Shown here: in pieces, positions 44,042-52,901 of the stretch
Layout: each line of letters begins with the position of its first letter
Position numbering within the stretch: the stretch's first letter is position 1
NCBI GenBank assembly: GCA_937625935.1
Contig: OW569375.1
Coordinates: forward strand, 62,001 to 126,000
From: Tetramitus jugosus
Lineage: Eukaryota > Protista > Heterolobosea
DNA: 64,000 nt
Direction of reading: 5' to 3'
The notes under the pieces: model-generated
Told to the model about the DNA's origin: nothing
What the model saw: the letters and a program-made list of their open reading frames with translations, nothing else
The model's database searches: none
Made by a program: the position numbers and the translations under genes

Positions 44042-45934
44042 CTAAAACTTAATCTTCTTTTTCTTTTGCTTGCTCTTCTCCTTTTCTCGTTTCCTCTTCT
44101 TGGATTCTTCCTCCAGCTCTTGTGGCGTCTTTCCAACCAGTGTGAATGCTTGGCGAGTTTCAGCAACTTCAACCTTTTGTAGAATGGTTTGTTCGTTCAA
44201 GTTGTCGAGTTGATCTGGATTGATACTGATCGCTACTCCTGCTTGTTGAGTTTGATTCGAAGGAATAATGTATCTGTGACTCGATCCCATGAGATCTGTA
44301 GCTGCGACATTTGTTTTTTGTTGCTCTAGCACCTGGTACAGAGCTCTAGGTGGTTCAGTCTTTCGCAAATTGATTTGTTCAGGTGTTGGAATGCCAACAG
44401 GTCGAGTTGGTGGAGGTGGTGGTTTTGGTAATCCTGTTGGTGGAACACCAGGACGTATTGGTGGTGGAGGTGGAAGTTGGCGACTCACAACTGGTGGAAT
44501 CACCACTGTTGGAACATGTTGTTCCTCTTCCTTCTCCTCCTCTTCTTCTTGCTCCTCCTCTTCGTATTCTTCTACGTCTTCTTCCTCCTCCTCTTCTTCT
44601 TCCTCTAGATGTTCAAGCTGGCCCCAATGTTTCACATTGGCAGCTCGGATTGCATCATCTGTCCGTTCTCTCTCCATCTCAGAGTTCATCTCTGTATTGA
44701 AATAATCATTGTACAGTGGTTTTCCGTTCATGTCAGTTGGCAATTTACCCCATCCACCCGGGTGAAAACCAAAGGCAGCACCCTCTGGAATCGGTGCATT
44801 CAGACCGGGTATACGCAACTTGGGATATGATGGAGGCATTCCAGCCTTTTGCATATTTACGAGCCATGGTGGTGGCGCGCCTGGTGGCATACCTAGTGCT
44901 GTTTTGAGTCTTTCGGACATGAACCCTGGTTTGTAGTCCTGTGTAGCCTTCTTTGCATGGAACTCCTTTCCTTCGTAATACGTGTCACCAATGATTGTCA
45001 TCTTTGGTTTTGTCTGATGTTTGAAGAATGCATCTCTCAGAATTGCATAATCGATATCAATGACACCCATCTTTGGTCTCGTTCTCTCTCTTGCCTTTTG
45101 TTTGGATTTCTTTTCTTCCTCCTTCTCCAGGTACGCATCTCTCACTTGTTGAATACCAGTGTCACGAATGAAATCAGGCAATTTGAACGGTTGTTTCTCT
45201 ATGCCTCTCTTCCCCTGCAAGTATTTTCTCTTTTGAGACCAGTGTCTCGGAACAGGAACAGTGTTGAAATATGATTTTAAGTGAACCAAGAGTTTTGGAT
45301 CCTGTGCTGTCGTGTCATGTATCTCAACCACATCTGGTCTCTTTGTTGTTCTCTTCAATTCTGCAATATCAATTTGCTTTGAACGTTTCTGTTGCTTTTT
45401 TGACAAGGTTTTTTGATCATCATTGTCATCGTCCGACACTTGTTCATTCATTGCAGTTGTTTCATCGTGATTACCATCTTGATCTTCCTCTTTTTTAATT
45501 GTCGTGTGAGTATCAGCAGTAGATGCTTGCTTTTCGTCACTTGCACTCATCATCAATTGCTCTGCAGACGCAAATCGACCAAAAATTCGAGCAAATTCCT
45601 TGTAATGAGGATTCGTCTCATCAATCACATGCGGACTCACATACTCGACTTGAACATTTTTAAGCATCATCGATGGAGCACTAGTATTATTATTGTTCAT
45701 TGTTGTTGTTGTTGTGGATGATGACTGAGAAGCAGCCATTGCTGCTAGAGCAGACTCAGAGTAAATAATCTTCTTCTTTCTCCTCTTTCTCTTTTTTTTG
45801 TTATTGTTCTTGTTATTGTTTTCATTTTCATTGTTAAGAGTAAATAGAGTGAGTTGTTGATCAACTTGATCGGACGATCCATTTTGTTGTTGAACAGCAA
45901 TAGCCGTTTCACTGCTCTGTTCGGTTTGTGTCAT
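44042..45934 (-). CDS. SF3B2: Splicing factor 3B subunit 2 (SAP145/Cus1)
   Basis: RPDVVE.HD.TA.DP, VPVPRHWSQKRKYLQGKRGIEK, PSP domain PPPWL..MQ..G.PPSYP.LRIPGLNAPIP, GWGK. Confidence 0.96.
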   Translation of the reverse strand: MTQTEQSSETAIAVQQQNGSSDQVDQQLTLFTLNNENENNNKNNNKKKRKRRKKKIIYSESALAAMAASQSSSTTTTTMNNNNTSAPSMMLKNVQVEYVSPHVIDETNPHYKEFARIFGRFASAEQLMMSASDEKQASTADTHTTIKKEEDQDGNHDETTAMNEQVSDDDNDDQKTLSKKQQKRSKQIDIAELKRTTKRPDVVEIHDTTAQDPKLLVHLKSYFNTVPVPRHWSQKRKYLQGKRGIEKQPFKLPDFIRDTGIQQVRDAYLEKEEEKKSKQKARERTRPKMGVIDIDYAILRDAFFKHQTKPKMTIIGDTYYEGKEFHAKKATQDYKPGFMSERLKTALGMPPGAPPPWLVNMQKAGMPPSYPKLRIPGLNAPIPEGAAFGFHPGGWGKLPTDMNGKPLYNDYFNTEMNSEMERERTDDAIRAANVKHWGQLEHLEEEEEEEEEDVEEYEEEEQEEEEEKEEEQHVPTVVIPPVVSRQLPPPPPIRPGVPPTGLPKPPPPPTRPVGIPTPEQINLRKTEPPRALYQVLEQQKTNVAATDLMGSSHRYIIPSNQTQQAGVAISINPDQLDNLNEQTILQKVEVAETRQAFTLVGKTPQELEEESKKRKREKEKSKQKKKKIKF

Positions 45935-46087
45935 GACTCTTGTTGCTGTGATTGCTATTGTTGTTTGATTTTCCTTGTTCGAGTTTTTTTGTTGTGAGAG
46001 CGGGAAATTGGCATACAACGCGCATGGATGCACGAAATTTCGATGAAGGAAAATGACGGCCTGGAAAGGACGAATACATGAATTCAT

Positions 46088-47068
46088 TTATGGGAAGAAA
46101 GCACCTGCTTTAAACATATCCAACACCCAAACATAGTTCACAATCGCTCCAATGACACAAATGACGTGGAACAGTTGGTGACTGCTTCCGTACAAATCAA
46201 ACTTGTAGGGGAAGAATCGCTCTGGGCCCTTGATGTTTCTCACCACGAGACCTAGACCAGTCAGTGCATAGACAACTCCCATAATGACTAACAATTGGAA
46301 TGAAGCTTGATCACTCGTCTTGTACAGTTCACTGCCATTGTTCAATAGAGTTCCGAATGGGATAAGGAAGTAATGTCTGTGCAACGTGGCAATCAATCCA
46401 ATACAGGTATACAGTGAAAAATAGACGGTTCTTTGATTGGTCAATCGAAGACGAACCATTCTAGGTATCCACATGGCCAATGCCAACAAACCAGCAATGC
46501 ATGCCGTCAAATAAAACGTGCTCCAAAATGGAATATTTCTCATAATCAAATAACAGACCAACACATTGGCACCGGCCAATGTCATGACAATTCCTCTCAG
46601 ATCACACTTTAAACAGTAATGATAGGCACCTTCCGTATTCATTCTCCATGTGTGATACATGGCAGAGAGAATCATGGTCCACATGGCACAAAACGAATAG
46701 AAAAAGAACACCAATCGATCATTGACAGATACACGAGTATCCGTTGAATTTTTCAGTTCAATATCCGTAGTCAATGTCACATACATCCAGTACAGTGCAG
46801 GCAATCCATGTGTCCAAATATTCCAAGTGTCATTGTGCAGAGTAAATGCACTCCAGAAGCTATTGATCAATGAATTGACAGGAAGCTTACGGTATCCACT
46901 GAACAAGTATGGATTATCGTCGTGCATCAATCTATGGAGTCCACTTTGATGCTTAAAGTGTTCTTGAGCTTCCTTGGTGCCTGGTTTGTGATGACATTTG
47001 ATCTCTTCCAAGTGAGGGTACATTCGAAAGAGCTTGATCGATTTTTGCTCAGACTTTTTGGTCGTCAT
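46088..47068 (-). CDS. PAQR / haemolysin-III family 7-TM protein
   Basis: DNPYLFSGYR, HNDTWNIWTH, SAMYHT, PERFFPYKFD..GSSHQLFH. Confidence 0.93.
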   Translation of the reverse strand: MTTKKSEQKSIKLFRMYPHLEEIKCHHKPGTKEAQEHFKHQSGLHRLMHDDNPYLFSGYRKLPVNSLINSFWSAFTLHNDTWNIWTHGLPALYWMYVTLTTDIELKNSTDTRVSVNDRLVFFFYSFCAMWTMILSAMYHTWRMNTEGAYHYCLKCDLRGIVMTLAGANVLVCYLIMRNIPFWSTFYLTACIAGLLALAMWIPRMVRLRLTNQRTVYFSLYTCIGLIATLHRHYFLIPFGTLLNNGSELYKTSDQASFQLLVIMGVVYALTGLGLVVRNIKGPERFFPYKFDLYGSSHQLFHVICVIGAIVNYVWVLDMFKAGAFFP

Positions 47069-47217
47069 GATCGCTTATGTGAGTGTCAATGGATGTTTGT
47101 GATGTTTGTTGTTTTTGTTGGTCGCTTTTTTGATTTTATTCACACAAGGGAGAAATTGAAATTCGGCCAATATCCAACAAAAGGAGATTTGAGATTGATG
47201 GATGGTGGATGAGTTTC

Positions 47218-48396
47218 TTAGTTTATCTTCTTGGCGCCGGCAATTGGAACAACAGCAGCATCGCGCTTGGTTAGACCAATGGATGACAGAATTGCCGTGG
47301 TTGACATGTGTCGGAACGTGTGCTGGAAAGTGAATGGTGCTATCAGACTGGATAACATAAACACTGTTCCAGGGAAGTACATGAGGACAAAAAAGTGTAC
47401 AAATTCCATCTGAGGGAACACAACAGCTCCAATGAACCAGAACAGAAACACGAGACCTGTTTGAGCCATCATGACATAACGAAACACGTACACCCATTCA
47501 CTTTCACTTAATTGAAGGAGTTGACCCCGCAACAACGCTTTCCACACCCTAGTTCGATCCTCGTCATTTGTAAAGGAACTCAACTGCTTATCGCTCTTCA
47601 TAAAATCGCGTTGGATCATTCTTTTGCGCAACCAGAAAACCAACATGTAAATGGGAACCTCAGAGAAGTGATCATAGGCCATGATCAGCTTTTGAGCAAC
47701 AGGAGAATACCCTGTGTGTCCATAGAGGCACAACCATGGTATCTCAAAGAAAATTTCTTCATTGTACAGCGGCCAAAACATGCGAACACCCTTCATGTAT
47801 GAAGTATCACTCAACACATGCACCACAATACCTAGACAAAGACCAAACATGAACCCTATCCAATCAATCTTGTTTGCTGTACTGGTAGCATTAGTAGTAG
47901 CAGTACCAGTAGCAATGGTAGTAGTCGTTGTAGTAGTTGCGGTTGGCGCATGACCTTGACTCTTTTTTTTAGAAATGGTCGTTTTGGATGGATTCAAAGA
48001 TGACGATGTTGATGATGCTGTTGTTGTCATCATCCAATAAGAGAATAGAGCAAGCATTGGTACCCAAAAAATCAATGAATGACTCCAACTACGATGCAAC
48101 GACTCTGCGAGAGCAATATTCTCCGTCGTGTACCCCAGAAAAAGATAGGAAAAGCAAACGGCGACAATCGCAACAATGAGATCGGCATCAGGTATGATGG
48201 AACCAATCATGATACCTGCTCGAACCCATTGCATTCGCCTTTCATGTGCACAAATTTCTTCATCTACACTCTTATTACTATTGTTCTTTTTGTTTTGAGA
48301 ATGTTGTTGTTGTTGTTGTCTTTTGCTTTTGGAGGGAATGAATGATGTGAGGAGGATGAGAAGAAAACCTAGGAGTAAATGAATTCCACCAGGCAT
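47218..48396 (-). CDS. YdjM-like membrane-bound metal-dependent hydrolase
   Basis: MPGGIH, GSIIPDADL, HRSWSHSL, HVLSD...GVRMFWPL motifs; several TM helices. Confidence 0.85.
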   Translation of the reverse strand: MPGGIHLLLGFLLILLTSFIPSKSKRQQQQQHSQNKKNNSNKSVDEEICAHERRMQWVRAGIMIGSIIPDADLIVAIVAVCFSYLFLGYTTENIALAESLHRSWSHSLIFWVPMLALFSYWMMTTTASSTSSSLNPSKTTISKKKSQGHAPTATTTTTTTIATGTATTNATSTANKIDWIGFMFGLCLGIVVHVLSDTSYMKGVRMFWPLYNEEIFFEIPWLCLYGHTGYSPVAQKLIMAYDHFSEVPIYMLVFWLRKRMIQRDFMKSDKQLSSFTNDEDRTRVWKALLRGQLLQLSESEWVYVFRYVMMAQTGLVFLFWFIGAVVFPQMEFVHFFVLMYFPGTVFMLSSLIAPFTFQHTFRHMSTTAILSSIGLTKRDAAVVPIAGAKKIN

Positions 48397-48776
48397 GGCT
48401 TGAGCTCAAATAATTAAAAATACAAAAAGGTGATTGTTGTTTTGTTTGTTGTTGGTGTTGTCGTTTGTTTTGTTTGTTTGGTGTTGACTGGGGCGGACCA
48501 CAAACTTTTTTTTCGTGTAGTTGTTCGTTCTTGTTTGTGACGAATGTTTGCGAAAAGCTTGTTCATGCGAAAAAAAAAGGCTGTTCTGGGGGTAGTAATT
48601 TCGGAGATTCTCTTTCTTCACACACCATGTTCGAACAACGACTACATCCCGATCCGGTAGCCATCCAATCTAATCCACACAGGATTCAGAAAGGGCACGA
48701 AAACCAATCATCTCCGCTCTAATCAAAAGACAAAACACAATAAGAAACAAGACTAGTCGATTGGATCAAAGCCCAA

Positions 48777-50825
48777 ATGGACAGCACCACAACCAAAAAA
48801 CGAAAGAGAGAAGAACCAACTGCCACAACTCTCGATATTTGTGAAGAAAGTGAAGCGGCGCTCGATGAATCTCCGCCCACCAAAATCATGATGATGACAC
48901 ATCTCGATCGAGATGAAAGCTCGGAGCGCAATAGCACGAGTGGTGTCGCGAACGTCGCTTCATCGCCCACCACCATGACTGTTTCACATGAACATGGCGA
49001 CGATGAGAATAACAACAATAGCAAAGAATTCTACTATGAAAAACGAATTGCTGAATTGGAGAAAACGATACAAGCACAAAACGATTCGATTCAAAACCTC
49101 AGGAAACAATTGTTTCGTTTTACAAACAATTTGAGTGATTTGCAGTTGGATGACAAGCATTTTACAGTTCAAAATGCAGTGGATCGATTATTTGTCAATG
49201 TTCATCAATATTCAATGTATGCCATGCCAAATCTGCATGCTCAACAATTGATATCCATGGCACAAAAGAATATTGAGCGATTTTTGATTGAGAGAGTGGA
49301 TCCGTTTATTGCTGTGGCTCAGCATCGTGTGCAGGATGATGATAAGGAACCATATTTGTCATCTTATCGAAAAAGTGTGCAATTATTTGCTGAGATGAGT
49401 TGGATTATTGCAAAGTGGTTGGTTGATTTATCAAAAACAAAGATTGGTGACATGTTTCGCGTCACACAGAGACAACTGACGATCAATAGAAGTTATTTGG
49501 GTTATTATGGTGAGTTTGATTCCGAGGAAGAAGAGTATGATCGTACGACATCAATGAGAGAGTCATCGAACCCTCGCGCAGGAAATATTTTGTTGAACAT
49601 GTTGACTCAGAGGTGGAAACAGATTAGTGCAGATATTATATCGAATGAGGGAAGGCCATTAGAGAACTTTGCTGTTGCTAGTTATTTAAAAAATATGTGC
49701 AAGTATGAGAAGGAGCTCAAGTCAGCAGGATATTCAGAATTTAGCTCGCTTGTAGAGTATTATCTCGATCGACAGAAGCAACTTAATGTAGATCAGTATT
49801 TGCAAGTGTGCTTTGAGTCAGAGCGTTTTGAGAGGTACTGTTCAAAAGTGATTGATTTGGGAAGATTTGAAGAGTGTCTGAACAGAATTTATCGCGATCT
49901 AGTACCAAAGTTGAATGGATTACAATATGAAACACGAGTAACATTCACAACTAAATTGTACAACTATATCCAAACTTGTCTCAATCATCAGTTGCAATTC
50001 GAGAGAAATACGAGCAATAGAGTAGAGTCATCTGGTGGGTATGACAGAATGATACAGAAATCAATTGATCATTGGCTATCTTCAGTACATGAACATTATG
50101 ATCACTTTAGTCAATGTATGCCCATTTACACTCATCTGGTCAAGGAGCACCATGTCGCATCTAAACATGGACTGAAGGTCATTTTTCCCATGATGCGATT
50201 AATTTTAACTCAGTTTGGCAAATTAAATCTTAGAACAAGAAGGTTGTTCCTAGAGATGGTAGAACAGTTCGTGAAGAGAATCTACGATGATTTCAGCTCG
50301 CCTACTGAGCGTCTTCAATTCGTAGCGTCAGAAATTGGTAATCGGGAGTTCGCAGAATTCTTGCTTGCATGTTTATGGATACCAATTCACGAGGCACATG
50401 GAGATAAGGATTCTCCATTCGGACAAAATGGCTTCAACTTTGATTGGCAGGGCTATCAGGATGTAGCAGAGCGCGAACTTCGCCAGTCCATACTGTCACT
50501 AATCCAAGAATTCTTACCACAGTTATACGATTTTTTGACAAGGGTTGTGAATGTGTTACAGTCTGCCTCCTCATTCACCGTTTCTGGTTCCTTTGAGAAT
50601 GATGCACAACAGATGGTTGATCATTTGGAAGCTCTCCGATCAGTGTATTCGAGTGTCGGTCGCTCGAGCGATTGGCTCACCCTACTAGGTAGAGTAATCG
50701 CTACCCAAAAGAAGCGCGTTACCGCATCGAGGGCTCTCGTCGAATATCGTGATGGGTTATTGAGAAGATGGGATCCAACACAGGGAGGATGTGTAGATTG
50801 GTTTTCCGCTCTTCCGGATTTGTGA
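48777..50825 (+). CDS. Hypothetical helical protein with NLS and coiled coil
   Basis: 682-aa ORF; KKRKR, coiled coil YYEKRIAELEK; no recognised family. Confidence 0.75.
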   Translation: MDSTTTKKRKREEPTATTLDICEESEAALDESPPTKIMMMTHLDRDESSERNSTSGVANVASSPTTMTVSHEHGDDENNNNSKEFYYEKRIAELEKTIQAQNDSIQNLRKQLFRFTNNLSDLQLDDKHFTVQNAVDRLFVNVHQYSMYAMPNLHAQQLISMAQKNIERFLIERVDPFIAVAQHRVQDDDKEPYLSSYRKSVQLFAEMSWIIAKWLVDLSKTKIGDMFRVTQRQLTINRSYLGYYGEFDSEEEEYDRTTSMRESSNPRAGNILLNMLTQRWKQISADIISNEGRPLENFAVASYLKNMCKYEKELKSAGYSEFSSLVEYYLDRQKQLNVDQYLQVCFESERFERYCSKVIDLGRFEECLNRIYRDLVPKLNGLQYETRVTFTTKLYNYIQTCLNHQLQFERNTSNRVESSGGYDRMIQKSIDHWLSSVHEHYDHFSQCMPIYTHLVKEHHVASKHGLKVIFPMMRLILTQFGKLNLRTRRLFLEMVEQFVKRIYDDFSSPTERLQFVASEIGNREFAEFLLACLWIPIHEAHGDKDSPFGQNGFNFDWQGYQDVAERELRQSILSLIQEFLPQLYDFLTRVVNVLQSASSFTVSGSFENDAQQMVDHLEALRSVYSSVGRSSDWLTLLGRVIATQKKRVTASRALVEYRDGLLRRWDPTQGGCVDWFSALPDL

Positions 50826-50869
50826 ATGTACTGTCGTGACAACAGAAAGCAAAAAGAAAGCAAGCCACT

Positions 50870-51391
50870 ATGAATAATGATAACAATCAACAATTTAGGT
50901 CAAATGAGCAAAGATCTCGTTCCGATCATAAAACGGATCGGGTGCAACCAGCACCATCCACTGCAACCAGCAATCTACACGAACCCAATCCAGCTACACA
51001 GGGCTCTTTAATTCTTCATCCCACGAGGTACATGCCCATCGGTCTGAATCTAAACATTGACGAAATTGTTCCTGCTGTCCTCAACAGAAGTTATCATCAA
51101 CAAACAGACGGATCTCTTCTGCCACAGCCTGATCTCTCGCATGAAATTACGTGTTCCTTCAACAGGCAACGCCCCGAAGCAAAAAGGAATCTTGATGCCC
51201 TTGACCCATCAAGTTCGTCCAGCGGACAAAATACCAGAGGGTCTTCCAACCCCTTAAAACGGAGCGGTGACAATGTGAACCAAAAGCCGAAGCGTCAGCG
51301 GTTATGTACGATGAGATCGAATGTAGGTAGACCAATTCACTTCTTCACCTACAATTACACACCACCTCCCGAGCCTGACGAAAATAAATAA
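50870..51391 (+). CDS. Hypothetical protein, 173 aa
   Basis: ATG ORF followed by AT-rich signal; no domain recognised. Confidence 0.5.
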   Translation: MNNDNNQQFRSNEQRSRSDHKTDRVQPAPSTATSNLHEPNPATQGSLILHPTRYMPIGLNLNIDEIVPAVLNRSYHQQTDGSLLPQPDLSHEITCSFNRQRPEAKRNLDALDPSSSSSGQNTRGSSNPLKRSGDNVNQKPKRQRLCTMRSNVGRPIHFFTYNYTPPPEPDENK

Positions 51392-51425
51392 TATTTGGTT
51401 TTTATGGTGATGTATGAAAACGTCA

Positions 51426-52751
51426 CTAGGATGCATCACCACTATTTGCAAGAGTGACCAAGCTAACATGTCCACTGTTGTCACTGCTAGCAATCACATC
51501 CCCAAGTTCAGTTGCAGCCACCGCTGTTATCGGCTTCTGATGCATGCGAAACTTATGCACTGAGTTTGAAGAATATTGTAAACTAGTTCGATAGGTATCC
51601 CAGAGATAAATGAAACCTGTCTTATCTCCACACAACACTTGCTCGTAATTTCTAATAAATATCGGAGCTGTCTGGTACTCTGCACTTTTACAACCATGTA
51701 GCGAAGTGATTGGTTGTTGGCTATCAATGTTCCAGAACTTATGTGTCGAATCATCGCAACTCGTCAAAACTTCCTTTGGTGTACTACAAACATGAAATAT
51801 ACGCTTGGTAGCATCATGATCTTTGATCATAGAATTTGTGTGCGATTTGACGTACTCGTTAGGCACAATCGTTGCTCTCTCTGCCTTTGGTAGGTCAATT
51901 TTTGTCTTTTGAGAACTCCAACCTTGACTCCAACTACCTCCATATTCTTCATCACTACTACTGTCGTCATAATAATCGCTAGATTGAGAATCAACCACCG
52001 GACAGTTTACACCAAATATGCTTGTTGATTGTATTGCTCGAAAATCGCTGTGATATCTAACATCAAATAATTTGACACATGAGTCATTGTTGTTTTGAGA
52101 TGCTGTGATGATCTGATAGGGTAAGCCTGGAACCATCGCACATGAATAAACACAACCAGTGAGAGAAAGTGAAATGACTGGTCTCTGCATCGATGGATGC
52201 CAAATATAACAATAACCATCCATCGAACTGGTAATGTACAATTCGCCTTCACACTTGACATCAGTTACCAGACTACTATGACCCCTATAGTTACACTTGA
52301 GCTTCAATTGTGACAAATCATACACATGAAATTCATATTTGATGCCAACACCGCACTCGGATTGTTCATTCACAAACATTCGACTTGCAGAAGCATTATT
52401 GGCAATCAATTGATCAAACGAGGTGCCAGATGGTCCATCAGGATCAAACTGACACACACTTCCCTTCATATCTAAGCAAAAGACCCGATTTTCATGTCTT
52501 TTTGGCAAAAAGGCAACATCTCTCATTGGATAAGCATGTGCACACGATCGATTCATTCTGAATTTTGACTTTTCAAAGCTCTCTTGGTCATCTTCATCGT
52601 CACACAACTGAGAAAAGCAGCTTCTCTGAAGGAAATCTATTGTTTTTCGTTGTTTTGCGAGTGGATGTGTTTGAGAATCACGGCATATGGATCTTTGACG
52701 TTTCTTGACACCACTTCCATGCCTCATACAGTGATCCAGCACAAACTCCAT
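51426..52751 (-). CDS. WD40-repeat protein (possibly CDT2/DTL-like DCAF)
   Basis: GHSSLVTDV, TSSMDG..YIW, DSCVKLFDVR (DxR), TSCDDST.KFWN, HQKPITAV repeats. Confidence 0.8.
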   Translation of the reverse strand: MEFVLDHCMRHGSGVKKRQRSICRDSQTHPLAKQRKTIDFLQRSCFSQLCDDEDDQESFEKSKFRMNRSCAHAYPMRDVAFLPKRHENRVFCLDMKGSVCQFDPDGPSGTSFDQLIANNASASRMFVNEQSECGVGIKYEFHVYDLSQLKLKCNYRGHSSLVTDVKCEGELYITSSMDGYCYIWHPSMQRPVISLSLTGCVYSCAMVPGLPYQIITASQNNNDSCVKLFDVRYHSDFRAIQSTSIFGVNCPVVDSQSSDYYDDSSSDEEYGGSWSQGWSSQKTKIDLPKAERATIVPNEYVKSHTNSMIKDHDATKRIFHVCSTPKEVLTSCDDSTHKFWNIDSQQPITSLHGCKSAEYQTAPIFIRNYEQVLCGDKTGFIYLWDTYRTSLQYSSNSVHKFRMHQKPITAVAATELGDVIASSDNSGHVSLVTLANSGDAS

Positions 52752-52795
52752 TCCGATCTGGTTTTTCTTTCTGGTTCAGATTTTTGGTGGATTAA

Positions 52796-52820
52796 TTTGG
52801 CGCCAAAGGATTTTGGCGGG
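52796..52820. promoter_or_regulatory. Paired E2F-type sites in a 150-bp bidirectional promoter
   Basis: Palindrome TTTGGCGCCAAA (52796-52807) and TTTTGGCGGG (52811-52820); consensus TTTSSCGC. Confidence 0.5.
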
Positions 52821-52901
52821 CAAAGTTCCTATTTTTTATTGAATCACGAACATTGCAAACCGAACAAAACAACACGACACTGCATTTCCAGACAAAAAAC
52901 A

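Noticed and set aside
52584-52901. N-terminal extension of the H3-mimic F-box ORF
   Set aside because: TTG start overlapping the divergent WD40 CDS and promoter; ATG 52902 follows a typical A/C-rich leader.
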